A DNA stretch of 64,000 nt from an uncultured delta proteobacterium (GCA_963797235.1 CAWCOX010000004.1:462400-526399), one strand, 5' to 3'. Counted from the stretch's first letter, positions 50,429 through 58,793 are shown. Program-made: numbers and translations. Notes: generated from the letters alone by a model not told the origin.

Positions 50429-52207
50429 ATGCTTGAGCCGCCCCCCCTGGAATTTCGGCCCATTGCCCTGCGGGTCCTGGAAGAGCGTTATCTCCGCCGT
50501 GACCCCGACGGCCGGGTAATGGAGACGCCGGAGGAACTGTTCCTCCGGGTGGCCCGGGGGGTGGCGGCGGCCGAGGAACGCTACGGCGGCCCCAAGGCCG
50601 TGGCCCGCCGGACGGCAGACTTCCACGAGGCCCTGCGTTCCCTGAAATTCCTGCCCAACACCCCCACTCTGATGAACGCCGGCCTGCGGCAGGGACAATT
50701 GGCCGCCTGCTTTGTCGTCCCGGTGCTTGACGACCTGCGCTCCATCCTGGAGGGCGTGCGGGACATGGCCCTGATCCATCAGACCGGCGGCGGCACCGGC
50801 TTTTCCTTCACCCATCTCCGGCCCCGGGGCGACCAGGTGCGCAGCACCGGCCGCGTGGCAAGCGGCCCCGTGGGCTTCATGCGCATCTTCGACACCGCCA
50901 CCGAAGTGGTGAAGCAGGGCGGCCGGCGCCGGGGCGCCAACATGGGCATCCTCAACTTCGATCACCCGGACATCCTGGAGTTCATCAAGGCCAAGGCCGA
51001 GCCGGGGATGCTCAGCAACTTCAACCTCTCCGTGGCAGTCACCGACGACTTCATGGCGCGGGTGGGACGGGACGAAGAATATCCCCTCATCAACCCCCGC
51101 ACCCGGACGGAGGTGGGCCGACTCCGGGCCCGGGAGGTCTTCGACCTCATCTGCCGTTGCGCCCTGGAGACCGGCGACCCGGGTCTCCTCTTTCTGGACG
51201 CCATCGAGCGGGACAACCCCACCCCGGAAATGGGCCGACTCGAAGCTACCAACCCTTGCGGCGAGCAGCCCCTGCTGGCCTATGAATCCTGCAACCTGGG
51301 CTCCATCAACCTGGCCCGCCTGGTCCGGGACCGCGGCCTGGACTGGGAAGAACTGGACCGCCTGACGGACCTGGGGGTCACCTTTCTGGACGACGTCATC
51401 GACCAGAGCCACTACCCCCTGCCCCAGATCACCGCCATCACCCAGGCCAACCGCAAGATTGGCCTGGGGGTCATGGGCCTGGCGGATTTGTTTATCCGGT
51501 TGGGGATCGCCTACGACTCGCCGGAGGCCCTGGAGTTGGGCGAGCAGATCATGGCCCGCCTCCAGGCTCGGGCCGTGGCGCGCTCCGAAGCCCTGGCCCA
51601 AGAGCGGGGCCCATTCCCCAATTTCCCTCGCAGCCGCTATTGCAAGGAGGGCCGCAACCCCCGGCGTCACGCCACCGTGACCACCGTGGCCCCCACCGGC
51701 ACCATCAGCATCATCGCCGGGGCCTCCAGCGGCATCGAACCCCTGTTCGCCGTGGCCTACCGGCGCCGGGCCCTGGAGGGGACAGAATTTGGCGAGGTCC
51801 ATCCCCTCTTTTTACAAAAGTTGCGGGAATTCGGCCTGCAGGAAGAGGAGTGGCTGCCGCGCCTCCTCACCACCGGCCGGGTGCGGCCCTTCAAGGAACT
51901 GCCGGCAGCGCTCCGGCGGCTCTTCCCCACCACCTTCGAGGTGAGCGTGGACTACCAGGTTAAAATGCAGGCCGCCTTCCAGCGCCACGTGGAAAACGCC
52001 GTCTCCAAGACCATCAACCTGGCCTCGGACGCCACGGAGGCGGACATCGCCCAGGCCTACACCCAGGCCCATACGCTGGGCCTCAAGGGCATCACCGTTT
52101 ACCGTTACGGCTCCAAATCCGGCCAGGTTCTGAGCCTGCCGACTGCGGCCCAGGCCCTGACCCTGGCGCAGGAATTCGCCGAAGAATGCCGCCTCTGCTC
52201 GGTTTAG
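50429..52207 (+). CDS. nrdJ: Adenosylcobalamin-dependent ribonucleotide reductase (class II)
   Basis: ..FLPNTPTLMNAG.., ..GGGTGFSFTHLRPRGD.., ..GGRRRGANMGIL.., ..TNPCGEQPLL.., ..TVAPTGTISI... Confidence 0.9.
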   Translation: MLEPPPLEFRPIALRVLEERYLRRDPDGRVMETPEELFLRVARGVAAAEERYGGPKAVARRTADFHEALRSLKFLPNTPTLMNAGLRQGQLAACFVVPVLDDLRSILEGVRDMALIHQTGGGTGFSFTHLRPRGDQVRSTGRVASGPVGFMRIFDTATEVVKQGGRRRGANMGILNFDHPDILEFIKAKAEPGMLSNFNLSVAVTDDFMARVGRDEEYPLINPRTRTEVGRLRAREVFDLICRCALETGDPGLLFLDAIERDNPTPEMGRLEATNPCGEQPLLAYESCNLGSINLARLVRDRGLDWEELDRLTDLGVTFLDDVIDQSHYPLPQITAITQANRKIGLGVMGLADLFIRLGIAYDSPEALELGEQIMARLQARAVARSEALAQERGPFPNFPRSRYCKEGRNPRRHATVTTVAPTGTISIIAGASSGIEPLFAVAYRRRALEGTEFGEVHPLFLQKLREFGLQEEEWLPRLLTTGRVRPFKELPAALRRLFPTTFEVSVDYQVKMQAAFQRHVENAVSKTINLASDATEADIAQAYTQAHTLGLKGITVYRYGSKSGQVLSLPTAAQALTLAQEFAEECRLCSV

Positions 52208-52407
52208 CTTGTGTAGATGTGCAAAATTACGCACCCTTCATTCTTACTCTGGCATTTTGGCTGAGCGGGATATAACATATGAGAGGCGGGCGGCAAGGCC
52301 TAACCTTCACCTTAACCAAAGCCTGCCCGCGGCTTTCTAACTCAGAGGCAACTTAGGGAATGTCCCCCTAATCCTAACTTCAACGCCATCCCAGGAGGTT
52401 CCAAATC

Positions 52408-52844
52408 GTGAAACGTTTCGTCATGCCTATGGGCATCTTGGTCTTAGCCCTGCTGTTTACCGCCGGCCTGGCCACGGCCCAGGACGTCAAGACCTTGGTG
52501 GAGCGGGGTATGGAAAACAGCCAGTCCGGCCGGTACGACCAGGCCCTCAAGGACTTTAACGACGCCTTGAAGTTGAAACCCAACGATGCCCTACTCATCA
52601 CCTACCGGGGCGTGGTCTATTACGCCAAGGGCCAAAACGACCTGGCCATGAAGGACTTCAACCAGGCCATCGAGATTGATCCCAAAGGCGGCAAGGCTTA
52701 CTACCAGCGGGGCATGATCTACGCCAACCAGGAGAAATACGGCCAGGCCGTGCCGGAGCTGAAAAAGGCCAAGAGCCTGGGGTACGGCGTCGACCCGGTC
52801 TTCATCGAGAGCCTGGAGAAGAAGGCACCGCCGCGAAGAAATAG
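52408..52844 (+). CDS. Secreted TPR-repeat protein; native stop lost by a frame shift
   Basis: GTG start with a GGAGG RBS, a signal peptide and 3 TPR units. The computed 462-aa ORF runs on antisense through hisG. The likely real end is ..EEGTAAKK* (TAG at 52842-52844), just before the terminator at 52866-52901. Confidence 0.6.
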
Positions 52845-52865
52845 GCTAAGTGACTGCCGCTCAAC

Positions 52866-52901
52866 AAAAAAGGCAGGGGCCCGGAAGCCCTGCCTTTTTT
52901 T
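52866..52901. terminator. Bidirectional rho-independent terminator
   Basis: A6-GGCAGGGGC-CCGGA-AGCCCTGCC-T7, between the TPR gene (+) and hisG (-). Confidence 0.8.
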
Positions 52902-52977
52902 ATTGCTGGCGGGCAAAAACCCGCCCCACCTCACCAATCTTGCACCGGCTGGAAAGCCTGGGCCACCAAAGCGCCCC

Positions 52978-53853
52978 TTAAATCACCTTATGCAGCGGAT
53001 ACTCCACGATGCCCTGAGCCCCGGCCCGGATCAGGCGGGGGATGAGGCTCCGCACCTCGGACTGGTTCACCACCACCTCCACCGAATACCAGTCGGTTTC
53101 GTAAAGACTGGCGATGGTGGGGGCCAGCAGGCTGGGCAACAGGTCCACGATATTCTTCAGCTGCTTTTCCGGGATATTCATCTTCAGGCCCACCATGCGT
53201 TCGGCCCGAAGCGCCCCCAGCAGCAGGACCGTCAGGCCCTCCATCTTCTGCCGCTTCGCCGGGTTGCTCTCCCAGACCTGGGTGTTGGCGATGAACTGGG
53301 TGTTGCTCTGGAACAGCTCATGGATGATCTTGAGGCCGTGGGCCTTGATGGTGCTGCCGGTCTCGGTCACTTCGACGATGGCGTCCACCAGCCCGGCGGC
53401 CACCTTGGCCTCGGTGGCTCCCCAGGAAAACTCCACCTTGACCGGGATCTGGCGCTGCTCGAAGTAGCGCTTGGTGTAATGCAGCAGTTCGGTGGCGAGC
53501 TTTTTGCCCGCCAGGTCCCGCAGGCTCTTGAGCTCCGAATCCGCCGGCACCGCCAGCACCCAGCGCACCGGGTTGAGGCTGGACTTGGAATACATCAGGT
53601 CCGCCACCACCGTCACCTGGGAGTCGTTCTCCATGATCCAGTCTTTGCCGGTGATGCCGCAATCCAGGGTGCCGTTCTCCACATAGCGGCTCATCTCCTG
53701 GGCCCGGCAGACGGAGCAGGCGATCTCCGGGTCGTCGATATCCGGAAAATAACTCCGCCCGCTCACCTGGATATGCCAGCCGGAGCGGCGAAATAGCTCC
53801 AGGGTGGCCTTCTCCAGGCTGCCCTTAGGGATCCCCAATCGCAGTTTATCCAC
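52978..53853 (-). CDS. hisG: ATP phosphoribosyltransferase (long form)
   Basis: ..LRLGIPKGSLEKATLELF.., ..DCGITGKDWI.., ..LVDAIVEVTETGSTIKAHGL... Confidence 0.9.
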   Translation of the reverse strand: MDKLRLGIPKGSLEKATLELFRRSGWHIQVSGRSYFPDIDDPEIACSVCRAQEMSRYVENGTLDCGITGKDWIMENDSQVTVVADLMYSKSSLNPVRWVLAVPADSELKSLRDLAGKKLATELLHYTKRYFEQRQIPVKVEFSWGATEAKVAAGLVDAIVEVTETGSTIKAHGLKIIHELFQSNTQFIANTQVWESNPAKRQKMEGLTVLLLGALRAERMVGLKMNIPEKQLKNIVDLLPSLLAPTIASLYETDWYSVEVVVNQSEVRSLIPRLIRAGAQGIVEYPLHKVI

Positions 53854-53918
53854 CCCCGTACACCTCCTTGGGATATACCTTACATAGGGCGGGCGTCTCG
53901 CCCGCCGCAGTTTGCCAC

Positions 53919-54326
53919 TTATCCGGCCCCATAAACCTTCTTGGGATCGAAGACCGGCGTACCCACCACCTCCCAGCCTTCTCCCCGGCGGCGGCGGTAA
54001 AAACAGCTCTTGTAGCCGGTATGGCAGGCCGCGCCGCCCACCTGCTCCACCTTTAAAAGCACCGTATCATTATCGCAATCCAGGTAAATCTCTTGAATAC
54101 GCTGCACGTGCCCGGAGGTGCCGCCCTTGTGCCACAGCGTCTGGCGGGTGCGGCTGAAATAATGGGCCTCCCCGGTCTTCAGGGTCGCCTCCCAGGCCGC
54201 CTCGTTCATGAAGGCCAGCATCAGCACCTCACCCGTGGCCGCGTCCTGGACAATGGCCGGCAGCAGGCCCCCCAGCTTGGCGAAATCGGGTCTCTCTGAA
54301 TCTTGCATATTTTGCATATTTTTCAT
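53919..54326 (-). CDS. hisI: Phosphoribosyl-AMP cyclohydrolase
   Basis: ..[21 protein letters not shown].., ..[18 protein letters not shown].., ..[22 protein letters not shown]... Confidence 0.9.
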   Translation of the reverse strand: MKNMQNMQDSERPDFAKLGGLLPAIVQDAATGEVLMLAFMNEAAWEATLKTGEAHYFSRTRQTLWHKGGTSGHVQRIQEIYLDCDNDTVLLKVEQVGGAACHTGYKSCFYRRRRGEGWEVVGTPVFDPKKVYGAG

Positions 54327-54406
54327 ATCAGGAAAAATTAACCTTTTTGGCTTGAATCTGCAAGGTTGAATGCTGATTTTTGCAGAGAGAAGTCCTAACC
54401 CACTTA

Positions 54407-54441
54407 CCGAAGGCGGGAGGCGCTCGCTTTCCGCCCTACGA
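54407..54441. repeat. GC-rich REP-like hairpin (reverse-complement copy) flanked by a ~28-bp direct duplication
   Basis: Reverse complement of the element at 167-204. It is flanked by TTGAATGCTGATTTTTGCAGAGAGAAGTC (54366-54394) and CTGAAGCTGATTTTTCCAGAGAGGTGTC (54442-54469). Confidence 0.7.
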
Positions 54442-54464
54442 CTGAAGCTGATTTTTCCAGAGAG

Positions 54465-54848
54465 GTGTCTACCACGATGTCCAAAGTCATCTCATATCGC
54501 GCCCTGGCCCGGCAGCAGCAGCTCAACTACCTGAAGCAAAAAGATCGGGAGTATCGCGAGCGGGAAGATTTCCTGGGCCGAACGCAAAAGCTCCTGTTCC
54601 GGTTGGAGGCCCAGATGCGCCAGGCCGAGATGCAGCAACTGGAAGTCTTTCGGGAGCTGGCGGCCTACTTCAAGATTCCTCTGAACTTCCCCGACCTGGG
54701 AGACCGGGTGGGGCTGCAGCGCTGGTTCGCCACCGATCCCTTTCTGCAGATTCTGCAGGCCTTCTTTGCCGGGCGCCTCGCGGTTGAGGAGTGCCACCAG
54801 AAAATCATGGAACTGCAGGGGAACCCTGGTCCGGCCCGGGAAGATTAA
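54465..54848 (+). CDS. Hypothetical protein (coiled-coil-rich)
   Basis: 127-aa ORF with native-like composition. I recognise no family. Confidence 0.4.
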   Translation: MSTTMSKVISYRALARQQQLNYLKQKDREYREREDFLGRTQKLLFRLEAQMRQAEMQQLEVFRELAAYFKIPLNFPDLGDRVGLQRWFATDPFLQILQAFFAGRLAVEECHQKIMELQGNPGPARED

Positions 54849-54872
54849 GCGCAGCGAGGGTTCGCCGGCCTA

Positions 54873-55345
54873 CTGCTTGGAGGCGCAGGTTTGGCAATTT
54901 TTGGGTCCCGGTTTTGAGCCGGCGGCTAAAAAGGCAATGCCAGCTTGAACTTAGGGCAAGAAAAATTGTGCATAAAGCAACTAGCTGAATATTGCAAGAA
55001 TTTTCAGGTGAGTCGGCCAGTTTGGCGCGATTTGTACGGTGAAGATAGGACACAATCGGGGCAGGCTGTGCCGGCATCTGAAAAAATTCCGCATTTGGGT
55101 CCGCATAAGTTCCTTATTTTGCTAAGTTTAGTCCGCTGAGCGGCCGCTGACTTAGCGGTCCGACACCGGAGAAGGGCCGCTGATGTACCGCAATTGTGCC
55201 GCCTGGCGGCCGGGAGGTTCGGGGGTAAAGCGGTTAAGTTACACATGGAGATAGGGTAAAGTCAGCGGAGAAAAATTTCCAGAACAGCCGAGAGAGTTGA
55301 CCCGATTGAAAGTTTGAGGTCAAGGAGATAGCTATTTTTCTTAGA
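54873..55345 (-). repeat. Dispersed ~0.5-kb non-coding repeat, copy 2 (inverted relative to copy 1)
   Basis: The reverse complement aligns block-wise with 520-1066 and has the same three 11-bp-phased GCGG(C/T)(A/C) boxes. Confidence 0.8.
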
Positions 55346-55395
55346 AGATTGGTCTGACGTAGCCCCAGGTTGATAAGAAGCATTAAATGACCAAA

Positions 55396-55421
55396 GGCAG
55401 GGTCTCTCTCGAGACCCTGCC
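55396..55421. terminator. Hairpin terminator downstream of the PEP-CTERM gene
   Basis: GGCAGGGTCTC-TCTC-GAGACCCTGCC. The T-rich tract is on the + side (TCTTTTATT), with only a weak U tract on the - side. Confidence 0.5.
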
Positions 55422-55497
55422 TCTTTTATTGACTTCCTGCCTGGCTCGAACTCACTCCGGTCAGACTCCCGAGATCAGATCAAGGGCAGTTGAGGGT

Positions 55498-56193
55498 TTA
55501 GCTCCGTTTCCGCCAGCCCAAGCCGACCAGGCCCAGCAGGCCGGAGCCCAGCAGCAAGGCGCTGGGGGGGATGGGAACGTAGACACCGTCTCCAGGGCAT
55601 GTTCCGAAATAAAATGTTGCGGATTCAATACCCGTACCGCTGTTAACTCCTGGGATAGATAAAACGAAACTAGCAGTTTGATTAAGGAACGGGTTGTGCG
55701 GTCCGTTGCCGGCAATCGACGCGTTCGCATTGCTGTAAGTGCCGCCGGTATCAGCCGGACCGATAAGAGTGTCCTTCGGGCCTGCGCCGCCGGTCCCCAG
55801 ATCGTTGAGCAGAAAGCTTAAGGAGCCAGTTTGGGACAGCACCCATCCAGTTGGGACGGTTGAGCCAGGGCTAACGGTCCCACCCGAGGTTATAGAAATA
55901 TTTTGTGAAGACGAGCTTGTTTCTGAAATTGAGCCTGTTTGCGTGAAGCTGGTTAACACGAAAGCAAGACCGCTCAAGCACTGGGCGACACTTTTCGGAT
56001 TAGCCAATTTGTTAGTTATTGTGATGTCGACCTCGTTAGAGAGTGTGGTGATTGTGACCAACGCATCTATCGGGTTGCCACCACTTTCAGTGATGCCGGG
56101 CCATGTCTCCCAAGTCATCATGCTCGCCGACGCCGGCGTGATCCAGCATGTCAAGGCCAAAATGACCAACATTACTAAAGTTTTTCGTTTCAT
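55498..56193 (-). CDS. PEP-CTERM sorting-domain secreted protein
   Basis: Signal peptide MKRKTLVMLVILALTCWITPASA. Ser/Thr/Gly-rich body. C-terminus ..VPIPPSALLLGSGLLGLVGLGWRKRS (P-x-P motif, TM segment, basic tail). GGAGGAGGA RBS. Confidence 0.85.
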   Translation of the reverse strand: MKRKTLVMLVILALTCWITPASASMMTWETWPGITESGGNPIDALVTITTLSNEVDITITNKLANPKSVAQCLSGLAFVLTSFTQTGSISETSSSSQNISITSGGTVSPGSTVPTGWVLSQTGSLSFLLNDLGTGGAGPKDTLIGPADTGGTYSNANASIAGNGPHNPFLNQTASFVLSIPGVNSGTGIESATFYFGTCPGDGVYVPIPPSALLLGSGLLGLVGLGWRKRS

Positions 56194-56371
56194 ACCTCTA
56201 TCCTCCTCCTGACGAATCAGCTCACCCCCCCTGCTTGATTGGCTTCAACCAGCCAATCTGCCGGGGTAACTTGTGACCGACGGTCTGCTCATCTCCTTAG
56301 GCCAAATCCTGGCTTGGGTTTCCCGGTTTTTTTGCAAAAAAAAACCGGCGCGCCCTAATGTATCCAGTAAA

Positions 56372-56452
56372 GCAACCAGGCTACCCCTTCCTAAGGACCT
56401 TAGTTTGCTGCCCCCGCCTCAAGACGGGTTCTGGTTCCCGCCCTCAGCCAAA
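56372..56452 (-). promoter_or_regulatory. Divergent GEMM-like aptamer variant in the leader of the distal PEP-CTERM gene
   Basis: RNA: GGAACCAGAACC-CGUC-UUGA-GGCG-GGGGCAGCAAAC-UAAGGUCCUUAGGAAGGGGU-AGCCUGGUUGC. It keeps the tetraloop hairpin, the UUAGGAAG block and closing AACCAG/CUGGUU pairing, but GGGACGGAAAGCC is replaced by GGGGCAGCAAAC. Confidence 0.4.
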
Positions 56453-56466
56453 ACCAAACCCCGGTT

Positions 56467-56505
56467 AAAAACAGACAGGGTTTCTGCGGAGAAGCCCTGT
56501 CTGTC
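56467..56505 (-). terminator. Rho-independent terminator of the proximal PEP-CTERM gene
   Basis: On the minus strand, GACAGACAGGG-CUUCUCCGCAGAAA-CCCUGUCUGU followed by U5. Confidence 0.8.
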
Positions 56506-56580
56506 TATCCAGATGATCCATTGTGGCCGACTACGGGCGACCACCTACTTTTGGTTGCCGCGGGCCTCGGAGGTTAGAGT

Positions 56581-57177
56581 TTAGCTCCGTTTCCGCCAGC
56601 CGATACCCACCAGGCCCAACAGGGCGGAGCCCAGCAGCAGGGCGCTGGGCGGGATGGGCACGGCGGAGGTTTCGACGTCGGATTGCAGGCTGATCGTCAA
56701 TCCAGTAGTGGTCCCGTGGAGCTGCGAGGTTACGTCCTGTGCAGTTCCGTTTTCCACGAGCGTACAATAATTCACGTTGCATTCGAAGTTCTGCAAGGCA
56801 GTAGAAAAGCCGGTGGCCTCATCAGAATAGAAGGTGAGAGTGAAATCTCTGACATTTTGGAATCCATCACCCAAACTAAAATAGGAACTCCCTATAGTCA
56901 GAGTCGCGAAATCACTAACGGGCCCGCCCACACACTCAAGCAATTCTACGCCAAACGTGCCAGCGCTGAGGCTGTCCTTAGCAATTGTGCCAGTTACCTT
57001 CGCATACTCAGCTGCGAGGCTAGTCTGGTAACCATAAATGGTTCCCGCGGTAGTCACCGTGGGGTTGCCATCGGTTAAGTCGCTTATGCTGATGAATGGG
57101 GTTGTGGTGGCCAACGCTTGCCCCGGGAGCCAGCAAACCAGGGCGGCCAATGCCATAATGAGAGCCATTTTCTTCAT
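56581..57177 (-). CDS. PEP-CTERM sorting-domain secreted protein
   Basis: Signal peptide MKKMALIMALAALVCWLPGQALA. C-terminus ..AVPIPPSALLLGSALLGLVGIGWRKRS. Confidence 0.85.
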   Translation of the reverse strand: MKKMALIMALAALVCWLPGQALATTTPFISISDLTDGNPTVTTAGTIYGYQTSLAAEYAKVTGTIAKDSLSAGTFGVELLECVGGPVSDFATLTIGSSYFSLGDGFQNVRDFTLTFYSDEATGFSTALQNFECNVNYCTLVENGTAQDVTSQLHGTTTGLTISLQSDVETSAVPIPPSALLLGSALLGLVGIGWRKRS

Positions 57178-57376
57178 TTGTTTCTCCTCATCTGCAGATG
57201 TGGTGGTGCAAAAAGAGATCCTTCATCCAGTCGACTGACGCAGCAATCACTCTAGCTTATTCTTTTTACACCTCCTTATTGACTTCCTTGTTCAGGTATT
57301 ATCTCCACCCCGTCGGGGGAACATTTAACGTGACTGCACCTTGCCAAGGCCTGCGGGCCTGCCGTCCAGGCCCCAA

Positions 57377-57470
57377 TAAAAAAGCCGCGTTACCCGTTTC
57401 AGGTAACCCGGCTGTCTCTTCCTAAGACCCGTGGCTTTCCGTCCCCGCCTCACGACGGGTTTGGCTTGCA
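57377..57470 (-). promoter_or_regulatory. c-di-GMP-I (GEMM-I)-like riboswitch A with terminator
   Basis: RNA: GCCAAACC-CGUC-GUGA-GGCG-GGGACGGAAAGCC-ACGGGUCU-UAGGAAG-AGAC-AGCCGGGUUACC-UGAAAC-GGGUAACGCGGC-U6. The terminator stem uses the aptamer 3' strand. Confidence 0.75.
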
Positions 57471-57590
57471 TGTAAACTAATTATGTAATATTTCTTGTCA
57501 AGTCACTTTCAGCTAAGTCAAGTCACTTTTAACTAATTTTTCCTGGCTTTTCGCTGGAGGCCTCCCCTGCATGACTGGATTGGCCCAAAT

Positions 57591-57682
57591 AAAAAAGCCG
57601 CGGTCGCCCTCTTCAGGCAACCCGGCTATCTCTTCCTAAGACCCGTGGCTTTCCGTCCCCGCCTCACGACGGGTTTGGCTTG
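57591..57682 (-). promoter_or_regulatory. c-di-GMP-I (GEMM-I)-like riboswitch B with its own terminator (tandem with A)
   Basis: The aptamer is identical to A except for one position. Its terminator is GCCGGGUUGCCUGAAGAGGGCGACCGCGGC-U6. A degenerate third copy lies at ~57697-57748. Confidence 0.75.
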
Positions 57683-57756
57683 TCTTCGTTAGTGGCGATC
57701 TCTTCCTTAGAGCCTTGCTCTGCCCTCATCGCCTCACGTCGGCATCATTTGTGTGT

Positions 57757-57785
57757 ATATTAATTATGAAACAACTGCTTGTCAA
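57757..57785 (-). promoter_or_regulatory. Sigma-70 promoter for the riboswitch/PEP-CTERM transcript
   Basis: On the minus strand, TTGACA (57785-57780), 17 nt, TAATAT (57762-57757). A ~60-bp tract of >85% AT lies immediately upstream (57810-57870). Confidence 0.65.
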
Positions 57786-58321
57786 GCTATTTTTAACTAA
57801 TTTCGAAAATATTTTCTTATATTAAAATAATTTATATTTATTATAAATTTAAAAAATATAAGTTATTTTGCAACCGATTCATCCAAGCTTTAAGCTTGAT
57901 GGATTATCAGCCGCTTTCCTCAATTTTTCTATAGGTAAAATTACCTATTCGGGACTAGGTATTTTTACTTAAAATACTAGCCGGACGTGGAACCCGGTTA
58001 TTGAGAGCGGCAGACTTGTTTTCGCCAGGGTCCTTCCCGGGTTCCCCTGCCCTAAGTATATGCAAAGGCCGGACCATAAGCTTAATTAATTATAAACAAC
58101 TAAAACCACAGGATAAATAGAAGAATCGTCCTGAAGCAATGGTTCAGATCTTGAAAAGAAAGGGGCAATCAATGTTCACCAAAAGAAACATAATGTTCTG
58201 GCTATTCACAAAGAAAGAATGAGGATGGCGATCGGCAGGACCCTGCGGCTTCCTTCTCCCCTGGGAGCCCGGCTGCCTGGGTTTTTCGGCAAATTTTGGC
58301 AAATAGGGAGAAGGGCAGGCT

Positions 58322-58440
58322 AAAAAAAGCTGGCCAGGAAGGGGGAGGACCCGGCCAGCTTACCCATCGGCAGGAGAAAGCTCTGAACTCACCGGAGGGG
58401 GCAAAAAGGTTATGGGTTCAGGTTCTTTCTCTTATACATT
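58322..58440 (-). ncRNA. Candidate sigma-54-dependent sRNA 1 (C-rich loops)
   Basis: Runs from the predicted TSS (~58440) to the terminator GCUGGCCGGG-UCCUCCCCCUUCC-UGGCCAGC-U7. The 5' stem is GAAAG..CUGAAC / GUUCAG..CUUUC with loop UUUUUGCCCCCUCC. The linker is UUUCUCCUG. Confidence 0.6.
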
Positions 58441-58450
58441 GTATTGTTTA

Positions 58451-58466
58451 TGCAGAAATCATGCCA
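58451..58466 (-). promoter_or_regulatory. Sigma-54 (-24/-12) promoter
   Basis: The minus strand reads TGGCATG-ATTT-CTGCAT, against the consensus TGGCACG-N4-TTGCW. Confidence 0.65.
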
Positions 58467-58668
58467 TGTAATACTAAACCAGGCATTACTTGGTAAATCA
58501 GTAGGTTAGGCTGCTAGCCAAATTTCTCGGGTCGGTTTTTGGTTCAATATTTTGGACGAATCGACCGGCCAAATCCTCCCAACCAAGCCCACCCCGGGGT
58601 TGGTCGGCCGCAAAAATTTTGACGCGGGGGGGGCAATTTTTCCCTGATATCGATCCGGTCACCAGGGC

Positions 58669-58783
58669 AAAAAAAAACTGGCCGGATGGGGGAGGAACCC
58701 GGCCAGTTCGGTGAAAGGAGAAAATGGTATATGAACTTTGATTAAGGGGGGGATGTGGGTACCTTAATGGGGTTCATATACGC
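58669..58783 (-). ncRNA. Candidate sigma-54-dependent sRNA 2 (paralogue of sRNA 1)
   Basis: Perfect 10-bp outer stem GUAUAUGAAC/GUUCAUAUAC and 7-bp inner stem AUUAAGG/CCUUAAU. Loop UACCCACAUCCCCC. Linker UUUUCUCCUUUC. Terminator ACUGGCCGGG-UUCCUCCCCCAUCC-GGCCAGU-U9. Confidence 0.6.
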
Positions 58784-58793
58784 CAATATTTAA

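Noticed and set aside
52845-53796. The 3' two-thirds of the 462-aa ORF 52408-53796.
   Set aside because: After the TPR domain the frame runs through a strong terminator and then antisense across hisG with low-complexity sequence. It is a read-through artefact of a lost stop or frame shift.
58296-58496. A 66-aa plus-strand ORF overlapping sRNA candidate 1. A related idea: the plus strand of both sRNA loci is GGA-rich and might be a CsrB/RsmY-like sponge.
   Set aside because: The ORF starts at TTG without an RBS and is not conserved in the paralogous unit. The A-tract precedes rather than follows the hairpins on the plus strand. Both the terminator polarity and the sigma-54 promoters point to minus-strand transcription.
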